Both the position numbers and the translations under genes were made by a program. 64,000 bases of DNA. It comes from Minisyncoccota bacterium. Lineage in GTDB: Bacteria; Patescibacteriota; Minisyncoccia; Phycocordibacterales; UBA9973. The number at the start of each line of letters is the position of its first letter. Positions within the stretch are counted from its first letter, which is position 1. Below the pieces are notes generated by a model. That model made no database searches. It saw nothing but the letters and a program-made list of their open reading frames with translations, and was not told the origin of the DNA. Where the stretch lies: contig JBAYFP010000003.1 in the NCBI GenBank assembly GCA_041667145.1, forward strand, positions 8,424 through 72,423. Reading direction: 5' to 3'. Positions 9,081 to 18,086 of the stretch are shown piece after piece.

Positions 9081-9230
9081 ATTTTCAGCAAGTGTAGCCT
9101 TTAAAATGCACACATAAAATAAAGCTTTATTTTTGCTCTGCTCGTCGTTCAAGAAAATAATAAATGGAATACCATTTTTATTTTCTAAACTCCTGCGCAA
9201 GGCATTTAAAATGCTACACTTGCTGAAAAT
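9081..9230. repeat. Approximately 29 nt inverted repeat (attttcagcaagtgtagcctttaaaatgc / gcatttaaaatgctacacttgctgaaaat) enclosing about 90 nt that contains two small hairpins. Candidate structured RNA or MITE-like element.
   Basis: Read directly. One or two mismatches over 29 nt. Lies in the divergent intergenic region between 9040 and ftsK. Confidence 0.5.
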
Positions 9231-9283
9231 ATCCACAATCAAAATCCCTTAAAAACATTAGCCTTGTTTTTCTTTAAAAATTT

Positions 9284-9357
9284 TTGATAAAGTATTATGT
9301 TTTTGGAGCTGGTCTGGGGCTCTGCCTCGAGGACCCGAGAAAAATATAAACTTTATC
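9284..9357. repeat. E-family element copy 1: GC-rich core gagctggtctggggctctgcctcgaggacccgag between locus-specific AT-rich inverted arms.
   Basis: The core differs by 1 nt in 35 from the copy at 42139..42173. The arms tgataaagtattatgtttttg / agaaaaatataaactttatca are imperfect inverted repeats. Confidence 0.7.
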
Positions 9358-9417
9358 AAAAATTTTTTATTATAAAGTGAATTTAACTTAAATGATAAAA
9401 AGTGATAAAATGAACAT

Positions 9418-11616
9418 ATGGCAAAAAATGACAAACAGAAAAAGCAAAAAGGTAATAATGGAAATAAAGAATTTTTTAACAAATTAAAAACTGAAACAAA
9501 GCACGGAATTTGGGCAATTCTTTTTTTTGTTTTAGCAATATTTTTTTTAATGTCAATGTTCTCTTCTGCAGGAAAAGCTGGCAATTTTGTTTATGACTTT
9601 TTAAATTATTTCCTTGGTATCGGATATATTCTTCTTCCTATCCTTTTCATACTACTTGGATCTTCTTTTCTGAAATCAGAAACTCCAAATATCGGATGGA
9701 CACGCTCCATAAGTGGAACGATGTTCCTACTCTCAAGTCTCGGCATGATAGATGTCGTTTCTTCAGAGCATGCGGGAGGATTCTTGGGAAGGATTTTATC
9801 GACTCCACTCGTCGCATTGTTCGACGTCTATGCTAGTATAATTTTCCTTGGAGCAATCTTGATCATCTCCATTCTTGTGATGTTTGATGCTAGACTCGAT
9901 CTCGGTCCATCTTTGAAAAAGATCTGGGGACTTCTCATGAAAAAAAAAGATTTGTCTCTCAATACATTAAATGAAAATGAAATAAAAGAGGTAGAAAAAT
10001 CTATGCCGGAGGAAGAGGAGGACACAAAAGAAAAAGTAAAAAAAGTTTTAGGAATAAATAAAAAAGAGGAAGAAGAGGAGGAAGAGATGCCGATTAGAAA
10101 AAGAAAAGGTGGACTCGTATCCACTTATGTCCCTCCCCCGCTCTCATTACTAGAAGAGGATCAGGGTAAACCAAATACGGGAGACATCAAAGCTAATGCG
10201 AATATCATCAAACGCACTCTCGCAAACTTTGGCATTGAAGTCGAGATGGACGAGATAACCATCGGGCCTACAGTGACACGTTACGCATTGAAACCAGCCG
10301 AGGGGGTGAAGCTCTCACGTATAGTAGGATTGCAAAATGACTTAGCACTATCTCTCGCAGCACATCCTATCCGTATCGAAGCTCCTATCCCCGGCAAGTC
10401 ACTCGTCGGTATTGAGATACCAAATAAATCGAAATCCATAGTCGGGCTAGCCACACTACTTGCAGATAGTAAGTTTCAAAATTCTTCAAAGCCTCTCACT
10501 GTGGCACTCGGTCGCGAAATTTCTGGTAAGGCACTTTTTGGAAACCTCGCAAAAATGCCACATTGCCTTGTGGCAGGTACGACTGGATCTGGAAAATCGG
10601 TGACAATACATTCTATGATCGCTTCCCTTCTCTACAGAAACGGACCAGACGATTTGAAGCTAATTTTGATAGATCCAAAACGTGTTGAGCTCACTCTTTA
10701 CAACAACATTCCTCACCTACTCACACCTGTAATAACTGAAGCTAAAAAAACAATCCTTGCCCTAAAATGGGCTGCTAGAGAAATGGATCGCCGTTATGAC
10801 ATATTAGAAGCAGAATCTGTACGAGACATTGAGTCTTATCACACCAACATATTTGGCAAAAATCCTAAAAAGACCAAAACCGACGATAATGGTGTAAAAA
10901 CTGAAGTAGATGCAGATCGTTTGCCATACATTGTCATTATAATAGACGAATTAGCAGATATTATGAGCTCTTACCCAAGAGAACTCGAATCCGCAATCGT
11001 CCGTCTCGCACAAATGTCTAGGGCTGTAGGCATACATTTGATTCTTTCTACTCAACGTCCAGAAGTGAATGTCATCACCGGGCTCATTAAGGCAAACATT
11101 CCTGCTCGTATCGCTTTAAAAGTATCTTCACAGATAGACTCACGTACAATCCTCGATGCTGGTGGAGCAGAAAAACTCTTAGGTGCTGGTGATATGCTTT
11201 ATTCCTCAGGAGAAGCTCAGCCAGAACGTTTACAAAGCGCATTCATATCGGAAACAGAAGTCAAAAAAGTTGTTAAATATTTAGTAGATGCATATAAAGA
11301 TGAAATATCCGATGAAATATCTCTAACGACAGGATCAATATCTGCTGATAAAAGCATTTTTGAAAGTACACTAGAAGATGAGGACAATGATGATGACGAT
11401 GAAATGTATGAGGAAGCTAGACTCTGTGTGATAGAGGCAGGAAAAGCATCAACTTCATATCTTCAAAGAAAATTAAAACTTGGCTATGCTCGTGCGGCTC
11501 GACTTATGGATAAACTCGAAGAGCGTGGAGTGATAAGTGCAGGTGATGGTGCCAAACCAAGAGAAGTATTAGAAAAAATTGAACATGATGAAAATGGAGA
11601 CAACCTGGTCCAGTAA
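9418..11616 (+). CDS. ftsK: DNA translocase FtsK/SpoIIIE.
   Basis: 732 aa. N-terminal TM segments. Walker A motif GTTGSGKSV. C-terminal winged-helix gamma-like domain ARLCVIEAGKASTSYLQRKLKLGYARAARLMDKLEERGVIS. Contains a poly-E low-complexity stretch. Confidence 0.9.
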   Translation: MAKNDKQKKQKGNNGNKEFFNKLKTETKHGIWAILFFVLAIFFLMSMFSSAGKAGNFVYDFLNYFLGIGYILLPILFILLGSSFLKSETPNIGWTRSISGTMFLLSSLGMIDVVSSEHAGGFLGRILSTPLVALFDVYASIIFLGAILIISILVMFDARLDLGPSLKKIWGLLMKKKDLSLNTLNENEIKEVEKSMPEEEEDTKEKVKKVLGINKKEEEEEEEMPIRKRKGGLVSTYVPPPLSLLEEDQGKPNTGDIKANANIIKRTLANFGIEVEMDEITIGPTVTRYALKPAEGVKLSRIVGLQNDLALSLAAHPIRIEAPIPGKSLVGIEIPNKSKSIVGLATLLADSKFQNSSKPLTVALGREISGKALFGNLAKMPHCLVAGTTGSGKSVTIHSMIASLLYRNGPDDLKLILIDPKRVELTLYNNIPHLLTPVITEAKKTILALKWAAREMDRRYDILEAESVRDIESYHTNIFGKNPKKTKTDDNGVKTEVDADRLPYIVIIIDELADIMSSYPRELESAIVRLAQMSRAVGIHLILSTQRPEVNVITGLIKANIPARIALKVSSQIDSRTILDAGGAEKLLGAGDMLYSSGEAQPERLQSAFISETEVKKVVKYLVDAYKDEISDEISLTTGSISADKSIFESTLEDEDNDDDDEMYEEARLCVIEAGKASTSYLQRKLKLGYARAARLMDKLEERGVISAGDGAKPREVLEKIEHDENGDNLVQ

Positions 11617-11944
11617 AAAAATATTAAAAATAGGAGCTTTATTGATTTTGTCGCTTTTTATTATTTTTTATGCTTTTTTTATATCAAGAGATTTGATTTT
11701 CGGTGTAAAAATAAAAAACGTAAATATAACAGATGGAGCTAAAATGACAAATAATGTCGTCCAAATAACAGGAAATGCTAAAAATGCTGTGAGTTTAACG
11801 TTAAATGACAGAGCCATATCAGTAGATCAACAAGGAAATTTCAACGAGACAATAGCCCTACTTTCAGGCTATAATATAGTGACCCTTTATGCTCGTGATG
11901 AGTTTGGGAATAGTGACGAAAAAGATTATAAATTAATGTATTAA
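11594..11944 (+). CDS. Hypothetical small membrane-anchored protein (start uncertain; overlaps the ftsK 3' end).
   Basis: The ORF 11579..11944 has an N-terminal TM segment IGALLILSLFIIFYAFFI followed by a beta-rich domain. No recognised motifs. Confidence 0.35.
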   Translation: METTWSSKKILKIGALLILSLFIIFYAFFISRDLIFGVKIKNVNITDGAKMTNNVVQITGNAKNAVSLTLNDRAISVDQQGNFNETIALLSGYNIVTLYARDEFGNSDEKDYKLMY

Positions 11945-11946
11945 TT

Positions 11947-12026
11947 AAATGATTCTTCTTTTTTAAAGGTCCTCGGTTCCCTGGGTCCCCTACCCCAGCC
12001 AGACCATTTAAAAAAGTAAAATCATT
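11947..12026. repeat. E-family element, diverged copy in the opposite orientation: core ggtcctcggttccctgggtcccctaccccagccagacc between arms aatgattcttcttttttaaa / tttaaaaaagtaaaatcatt.
   Basis: The core shares the ggtcctcg...ccccag.cagacc blocks with the reverse complement of the 9305..9338 core. The arms are about 18 of 20 complementary. Lies just upstream of recA. Confidence 0.55.
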
Positions 12027-12048
12027 CAATTAATAAAAAGCAAACAAT

Positions 12049-13089
12049 ATGCAAAAGAAAAAAGAGAAAAAGGAAGATAAGACAATGGGTGTATCAATGC
12101 TTGATGACACAATAAAAGCGATACAAGCAAAATTCGGAGAAGGATCTATCATGAAGCTTGGTGATTCACCAAAAGTAGATATAAATACAATACCGACGGG
12201 TTCCATCGGACTCGATATGGCACTCGGTGTCGGAGGTATACCTCGCGGAAGAATTATTGAGATATTTGGCCCCGAATCTTCTGGTAAGACTACCCTTTCC
12301 CTTCACATAGTGGCCGAAGCACAAAAGCTTGGAGGTGTCTGCGCATACATAGATGCTGAACATGCTATGGATCCAGAGTACACAAGAAAACTCGGAGTCA
12401 ACATCGATAATCTATTAATCTCTCAACCAGATACAGGTGAACAAGCACTTGAAATAGTAGAAAGTCTCGTGCGAACAGGGAAAATCGACGTCGTCGTCGT
12501 GGACTCTGTCGCTGCCCTCACCCCAAAAGATGAAATCGAGGGAGATATGGGAGCATATCATGTAGGTAAACAAGCCAGACTCATGTCCCAAGCACTTCGT
12601 AAACTCACAGCTATCGTTTCTAGAAGCAAAACCGTCGTTATTTTTATCAATCAAATAAGAATGCAAATAGGAGTGATGTTTGGCAACCCTGAAACAACTC
12701 CAGGAGGAAAAGCTCTCAAGTTCTACACTTCTGTCAGACTTGATATACGAAAAATAGCTCAAATTAAAAAAGGAGAAGATATCGTCGGAAGTCGTACACG
12801 CGTAAAAGTAGTCAAAAATAAAGTCGCTGCGCCTTTCAAACAAACAGAATTTGATATTATCTATAACGAAGGAATCTCAAAAGAAGGCGAAGTAATAGCC
12901 TTAGGAGAGAAATTTAAAATCGTAGAAAAGACTGGCAATTCATATTTTTATATGCCTGCCGGAGAAAAAGCTGAGAAAGTAAAGCTCGGTGTAGGTTATG
13001 ATTCTACACGTACGTTCTTAAAAGAAAATTACAAAATAGCAGAACAAATATTAAAAGAGATTCGTAAAAAGTTTTCAGAAGAAATCTAA
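12049..13089 (+). CDS. recA: Recombinase RecA.
   Basis: 346 aa. [25 protein letters not shown] (Walker A) and other typical RecA blocks. Confidence 0.95.
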   Translation: MQKKKEKKEDKTMGVSMLDDTIKAIQAKFGEGSIMKLGDSPKVDINTIPTGSIGLDMALGVGGIPRGRIIEIFGPESSGKTTLSLHIVAEAQKLGGVCAYIDAEHAMDPEYTRKLGVNIDNLLISQPDTGEQALEIVESLVRTGKIDVVVVDSVAALTPKDEIEGDMGAYHVGKQARLMSQALRKLTAIVSRSKTVVIFINQIRMQIGVMFGNPETTPGGKALKFYTSVRLDIRKIAQIKKGEDIVGSRTRVKVVKNKVAAPFKQTEFDIIYNEGISKEGEVIALGEKFKIVEKTGNSYFYMPAGEKAEKVKLGVGYDSTRTFLKENYKIAEQILKEIRKKFSEEI

Positions 13090-13661
13090 ACTCTCTCTAC
13101 ATATTCTCCTGTTTCAGTATTTACACGGATAGTATCTCCCTCTTCTATAAACATCGGAGCATTTAATGTCGTGCCATTTTCTAAAGTAATCGTCTTGTTA
13201 CCACTCTTTGAGGTGTCTCCTCTTACCGCTGGAGGTGCTTCTTTTACTTTGAATTCCATTTTAATAGGTAAAGTTATTTTGATGATTTTTTCTTCATCTT
13301 CTTCATTACTCCAAACCAAAGCTATAACTATTCCATTTTCTTTAAAGAATTTACCAGCATCTCCAACAAGAGAGCTATCTAATTTAAATCTATTTTTTAA
13401 ATCATCTGGAGGACAAAACCAGTATTCTCCTTTATTATGATAAAGAAATTTTATTTCTCTTTTTTCTATATCCGCTTCATCAGCAGAATCAGAAACATGA
13501 AAGGTAGCAGCAATCGTTTTGCCTGAAATCAAGCTTTTCAACTTTACTTGGTTTTGTGGTTTTCTTTGCTGAGTTCTTGCTACATGTGAATCTATAACTT
13601 CACAAGGTTCATCACCATAGATAATAATCTTTTTTTCTCTAATTTCGTTATATTGAAGCAT
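13086..13661 (-). CDS. efp: Translation elongation factor P.
   Basis: 191 aa. EF-P-like N-terminus with three-domain architecture. The modification loop reads [10 protein letters not shown] rather than the canonical KPGKG. Confidence 0.8.
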   Translation of the reverse strand: MLQYNEIREKKIIIYGDEPCEVIDSHVARTQQRKPQNQVKLKSLISGKTIAATFHVSDSADEADIEKREIKFLYHNKGEYWFCPPDDLKNRFKLDSSLVGDAGKFFKENGIVIALVWSNEEDEEKIIKITLPIKMEFKVKEAPPAVRGDTSKSGNKTITLENGTTLNAPMFIEEGDTIRVNTETGEYVERV

Positions 13662-13713
13662 GTTTTCTATACTATAGAAATAGTATTTCTAGTTAATTTT
13701 ATAATTAAACTAT

Positions 13714-13914
13714 TTATCTAGCTACAAAAGGTAGTAAACCTAAAAATCGAGCATTTTTGATAGCACTAGCTAAAGCGCGTTGATTCTTCATCGTCACACC
13801 TGTACGCTTGTGATTCATAATCTTCCCATTAGGATTTAAAAACTTTTTAAGGATATCTATGTCCTTGTAGTCTATGTATTTTATATTGTTCGCTGAAAAA
13901 TAATCTTGTTTCAT
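13714..13914 (-). CDS. rpsR: Ribosomal protein S18.
   Basis: 66 aa. [50 protein letters not shown]. Confidence 0.9.
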   Translation of the reverse strand: MKQDYFSANNIKYIDYKDIDILKKFLNPNGKIMNHKRTGVTMKNQRALASAIKNARFLGLLPFVAR

Positions 13915-13926
13915 ATTTTTTTATAA

Positions 13927-14385
13927 TTAAAATGGTATATCTTCTGGATTAATGTCTTCTTCTGGATACTCTATGGTATCTATTTCTTCAGGACCTTTCG
14001 CATTTTGAGCTTTCCCTCCATCTACACTTTGTACACTAGGGCTCGAACCACCACTACTCTTTGGACCAAATTGCGTACGATCAGCTACTATTTCTGTGCG
14101 ATATTTCTTTTCTCCACTTGTTTTATCATCCCAACTCCTTGTCTGCATTCTACCTTCGACTAATATTGAACTCCCCTTTTTCATATATTGAGCGACTGTC
14201 TCTGCTTGTCGCCCAAATACTACAACATTGTGATAATCAGTAGATTCCTGACGTGCACCATTCTTATCTTTCCAGACACGATTTGTGGCAAGAGAGAAAG
14301 AACAAACTTTAATACCTGAAGGGAGAGAACGGATTTCTGGATCACGAGTAAGATTTCCTATTACAATTGCTTTATTTAAATACAT
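13927..14385 (-). CDS. ssb: Single-stranded DNA-binding protein.
   Basis: 152 aa. OB-fold N-terminus, Gly/Ser-rich linker and an acidic C-terminal tail ending in DIPF. Confidence 0.9.
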   Translation of the reverse strand: MYLNKAIVIGNLTRDPEIRSLPSGIKVCSFSLATNRVWKDKNGARQESTDYHNVVVFGRQAETVAQYMKKGSSILVEGRMQTRSWDDKTSGEKKYRTEIVADRTQFGPKSSGGSSPSVQSVDGGKAQNAKGPEEIDTIEYPEEDINPEDIPF

Positions 14386-14412
14386 AATTTTATTTTTTGT
14401 ATTAATTAATAA

Positions 14413-14901
14413 TTAAACTGCAACCATCGCATCTATCTCTTTATCTATCTCCTCTTTATCGATAGGTAGAGAAGTCTCATTTTCACCTTCTTTTTTAGGA
14501 CTTGATACTTTCTTTCTAGAATCTTTATGAATAAATCTCTTTGCGGCAATAGTATTCTCTTTGACAGTCTTCAAGATCAAAAATCTGATAAAGTTTGGAT
14601 CAAGATCCAACTTTTTCTTCAATTCTAAAACTTTCTCAGGATTCATCTCAAATTTGACCCAACCAAAATAAGCTGAATCAAATTTACTTCGAACGTTTTG
14701 AACAACCTTGGACATCGTATAAGCAAGAGAGATCATTCTTGGCATCTCGTCTGAAATGATTTCCCCACCTAAACTAACAACAAGATCCTTCAAACTACTA
14801 TATACACCTGGCATACTTTCCTCTCCTAATGTAGGTACTAAAAGATAACCAACCTCATAAACACGAGAATTTATCTCTACATCTTCATTATTATTTTCCA
14901 T
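14413..14901 (-). CDS. rpsF: Ribosomal protein S6 with a C-terminal extension.
   Basis: 162 aa. YEVGYLLVP...RMISLAYTM resembles S6. Gene order rpsF-ssb-rpsR is conserved. Confidence 0.8.
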   Translation of the reverse strand: MENNNEDVEINSRVYEVGYLLVPTLGEESMPGVYSSLKDLVVSLGGEIISDEMPRMISLAYTMSKVVQNVRSKFDSAYFGWVKFEMNPEKVLELKKKLDLDPNFIRFLILKTVKENTIAAKRFIHKDSRKKVSSPKKEGENETSLPIDKEEIDKEIDAMVAV

Positions 14902-14933
14902 TTAGCTATAAATTTTAAATTATTTTTAATAAA

Positions 14934-15007
14934 TCTCACTTCGGACCTTCACCCCGCCATCGGCGAGGGTTTGTGTTCCGACTATAAGGCCGGAACAAAT
15001 GAGACTC
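14934..15007. repeat. Intergenic GC-rich palindromic element (imperfect inverted ends tctcacttcggacc / ggccggaacaaatgagactc around a GC-rich centre).
   Basis: Read directly. Located between rpsF and tatD. Confidence 0.5.
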
Positions 15008-15029
15008 AAATATACTAGCAATATTAAAC

Positions 15030-15965
15030 CTAAATGTCAAAAAGCTTTCTAGCATTATTTACGATCGTTTTTGCCACTTCTTCTAGAGAAAGACCCTTTA
15101 TCTCCGCAATTCTTTTAACTATCTCTTTAACATAAACAGGCTCATTACGTTTTCCACGATAAGGAATCGGTGCCATATATGGTGAATCTGTATCAGCCAA
15201 TATCATTTCTAGGGAAATATTTTTTATTATTCCCTCATAATCACAATTCCTTCCATTTTTTCTTTTTGGATAAGTGATGGCACCAGTAAAAGAAATCATA
15301 AAACCAAAGGATATAAAATCTTTCGCATTTTCTAAACTGCCTTCAAAAAAATGTATAACACCTTTAACTTTTGCATGTTTCTTTAAAATTTTTAATAAAT
15401 CATCATATGCATTTCTTTTTTCATCTTCATAATTATTCCTAACATGAATCATCAAAGGCTTACCTACCTCATTTGCCAACTTGATTTGTTCAATTAGAGC
15501 TTTCTCTTGCTTTTCTATCGAATTTTCGTCCAAATGAAAATAATCAAGGCCACACTCACCTATAGCTACGACTTTCGGATCTTTCGCAAGTTCTAAATAA
15601 ATTTTTTTATCAAAAATCTCTCCACGGGAAGTAAACCCGGTAGTGAATGTTGGCGATGCACTTTTAGTGCGTGGCGAAGCCACATCGCCAACATCTACTA
15701 ACCGGGTAAATTCTTTTTCTATTACACCCAATTCTTCATCATCATGAAAAGATTTATCTGTATGTATAGGATGTAATCCAATAATTGCAAAAACACCTTC
15801 ATCGTATCTATGAGCCAACTTGATCGCTTCACGCGAAGTATCAATCTGCGTTCCTACATTAAAAAACCAAGTATCATTATCTAACGCTCTACGAACGACG
15901 GCATCATGGTCTTCTTCAAAAACCTTAAAATTAACATGAGCATGTATATCTATATATTTTGGCAT
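15030..15965 (-). CDS. tatD: TatD-family metal-dependent hydrolase with an in-frame insertion.
   Basis: 311 aa. IDIHAHVNF...GLHPIH motifs. About 25 aa longer than is typical, because of the inserted segment VGDVASPRTKSASPTFTTGFTSRG. Confidence 0.8.
   Translation of the reverse strand: MPKYIDIHAHVNFKVFEEDHDAVVRRALDNDTWFFNVGTQIDTSREAIKLAHRYDEGVFAIIGLHPIHTDKSFHDDEELGVIEKEFTRLVDVGDVASPRTKSASPTFTTGFTSRGEIFDKKIYLELAKDPKVVAIGECGLDYFHLDENSIEKQEKALIEQIKLANEVGKPLMIHVRNNYEDEKRNAYDDLLKILKKHAKVKGVIHFFEGSLENAKDFISFGFMISFTGAITYPKRKNGRNCDYEGIIKNISLEMILADTDSPYMAPIPYRGKRNEPVYVKEIVKRIAEIKGLSLEEVAKTIVNNARKLFDI
15634..15708. repeat. In-frame palindromic insertion within tatD (cccggtagtgaatgttggcgatg ... catcgccaacatctactaaccggg, with nested hairpins gcact-ttt-agtgc and gtggc-gaa-gccac).
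   Basis: A 75 nt near-perfect palindrome lying entirely inside the coding sequence. Its translation is the extra peptide noted for tatD. Confidence 0.7.
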
Positions 15966-15974
15966 GTTATTTAT

Positions 15975-16583
15975 TTACTGAATGGAATTCATTATCGCTC
16001 TTCTGAACCTTTCAAGGTCTATCTCATTTGAAACAAGCTTTTGTCTTAACATTCTGCTAATCTCTATCTGTAAACCTTTACCGCTATTCCCTTTATTACA
16101 TATATTTTCTATACTAACACCCTTGAGAGTCGAATCAGCATCAGCAATTTCTACAGGGAAATCTACATTTAATAATTGCTGTTTTACCTTTAAAATGAGT
16201 TCCTTATCCAATCCCCCTAAGGTGATCTTCTCAACATCATTTCCCTTCATTCCATGAATAGTAATAACTCTATCAACACTTTTAGCTAATTCTAAAGCTT
16301 GTGGTTCATCAAATGAATTACTACTTATATGCATAAGAAAATTATTAGAACCTTTTTTACCTACGAAAGAATAAAAAGAATATTCATTACCAGCTAAATA
16401 ATGTACAATCTCTGTCGTGCCCGGCTCGATCTTTCCTCCATGAGGAGCAAAGAAAGCAATCTGTGAATCACGTTTTTCTATTTGAATATCAAAATCTTCA
16501 CCTTGGATTTCTGACTTTACCAAGTCTGCGAAAGAATTATAGGACATTCTTTCATTTTCTTTGTTTGGAAATTCTTCAACCAT
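15975..16583 (-). CDS. Poly-gamma-glutamate hydrolase-like zinc peptidase (PF05908-like).
   Basis: 202 aa. FFAPHGGKIEPGTTEIV and ITIHGMKG resemble the H-G-G-x-I-E-x-G-T...HG metal-binding pattern of PghP/YjqB-type proteins. Confidence 0.5.
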   Translation of the reverse strand: MVEEFPNKENERMSYNSFADLVKSEIQGEDFDIQIEKRDSQIAFFAPHGGKIEPGTTEIVHYLAGNEYSFYSFVGKKGSNNFLMHISSNSFDEPQALELAKSVDRVITIHGMKGNDVEKITLGGLDKELILKVKQQLLNVDFPVEIADADSTLKGVSIENICNKGNSGKGLQIEISRMLRQKLVSNEIDLERFRRAIMNSIQ

Positions 16584-16601
16584 AATAAATTAGTTAATAT
16601 T

Positions 16602-18086
16602 TTATTCCCTCCTCAAAAACAACGGCTTCTCTGGCTTTTTGTTTTCCCTGATCAACTCCTGAATTTTTTGTGATGTCTCTGGGAGAGCTGGTTCTATAGC
16701 CAATGCTGCCTTATATAAATGTAGTAATAAATAATGTACATCTTTTTCTGCCTCTTCTTTATTTATTTTAATTTTTTTAAATGGCTCATTTTTTTGGATA
16801 TACTCATCTAAGCTACCTAAACAACTCCAAATCCAATTTATAAATTTATGAATATCATAATTTTCAAGATCCTCCCTTTTTTCTTCAAAATATTTGATAT
16901 TTAACTCATCTTTATTTAATTTCACTCCATAGTTTACTGCCATAGTCATTATTCTCGAAACTAAATTGCCTAACCCGTTTGCAAGCCCTGAATTATAAGC
17001 ATCTTTAAATCTCTCTATAGTAAATGGGCTATCTTCAAAGCTACTTATTTCTCTCAAAAGAAAATATCGCAAAGCATCAATCCCATATTCATTCACAATA
17101 TCTCTCGGATCAACTCCATTACCTAATGATTTAGACATTCTGACTCCACCCTCGCCCGTGATAAAACCATCCACAATTACTTGATGAGAATTTGGTAATC
17201 CCGCAGCCATAAGCATAGCTTGCCACATAGCCCCCTGAAAACGAGTATTATCTTTGCCACAGTATTGTGTAGGAGTACCATCTACCCAGAATTTTTCGAA
17301 TTGTTCTTTATTTTCGGGCCAACCAAGTGTAGAGATATAATTTACTAATGCATCAAACCAAACATACATGACTTGGTCAGAATCACCTGGTACTTCTATC
17401 CCCCAAGGCATTTTTGATTTTAATCTTGAAATAGAAAAATCTTGTGAACCATTCTTAACAAAAGTTTTTATTTCATTAAAACGGAAATCTGGTATTATAA
17501 AATTTGGATTTTTTTCATAAAAATGGAGAAGTTTATCAGCAAATGCACTATATTTGAAAAAATAATTCTCTTCGTTGATTATAGAAACTTTTACGCCTCT
17601 ATGTTCTTTGCATTCATCATTTTCTAATTCAGAATCGGTCTTTTCACTTTCACACCCGATACAATATTTTGATTCATAATTTTTTTTATATATAAAACCA
17701 TTTTTCGCGACAAGTTCCCAAAAATATTGCGCAGATTCAACATGATGTTTGTCTGTAGTGCGAACGAAGTGTATATCTTCTGTAACTCCAAACATTTTTA
17801 TCTGATCCCTAAATGTCTCAAAAGCTTCATTCACAAAACTTTGAACTTCTTTTCCTTTTTCTTTTGCCTTTTCATAAATTTTCATTCCATGCTCGTCAGT
17901 ACCAGTATTAAAATATACATCAAATTGAGCAAGCTTTTTATAACGAGCGATCGTATCTGCCCTGACAAGCTCAAGTGCATGCCCCATGTGAAGAGGTGCA
18001 TTCACATAAGGTAGTGTCGTTGTTAAATAAAAACTATTTTTTTTCATTTTTTTCTCTAGCAAAAGTTTTATGTTTTTCAAGGTCAC
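16602..18086 (-). CDS. metG: Methionyl-tRNA synthetase (short form).
   Basis: 494 aa. HIGH motif present as HMGH. KMSKS motif present as RMSKSLGN. Zinc-knuckle Cys cluster CIGCESE...DECKEH. Confidence 0.9.
   Translation of the reverse strand: MTLKNIKLLLEKKMKKNSFYLTTTLPYVNAPLHMGHALELVRADTIARYKKLAQFDVYFNTGTDEHGMKIYEKAKEKGKEVQSFVNEAFETFRDQIKMFGVTEDIHFVRTTDKHHVESAQYFWELVAKNGFIYKKNYESKYCIGCESEKTDSELENDECKEHRGVKVSIINEENYFFKYSAFADKLLHFYEKNPNFIIPDFRFNEIKTFVKNGSQDFSISRLKSKMPWGIEVPGDSDQVMYVWFDALVNYISTLGWPENKEQFEKFWVDGTPTQYCGKDNTRFQGAMWQAMLMAAGLPNSHQVIVDGFITGEGGVRMSKSLGNGVDPRDIVNEYGIDALRYFLLREISSFEDSPFTIERFKDAYNSGLANGLGNLVSRIMTMAVNYGVKLNKDELNIKYFEEKREDLENYDIHKFINWIWSCLGSLDEYIQKNEPFKKIKINKEEAEKDVHYLLLHLYKAALAIEPALPETSQKIQELIRENKKPEKPLFLRRE

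Noticed and set aside
9021-9584. ORFs 9021..9242 (-) and 9258..9584 (-)
   Set aside because: They overlap the 150 nt hairpin, E-family copy 1 and the ftsK start. Their translations are low-complexity.
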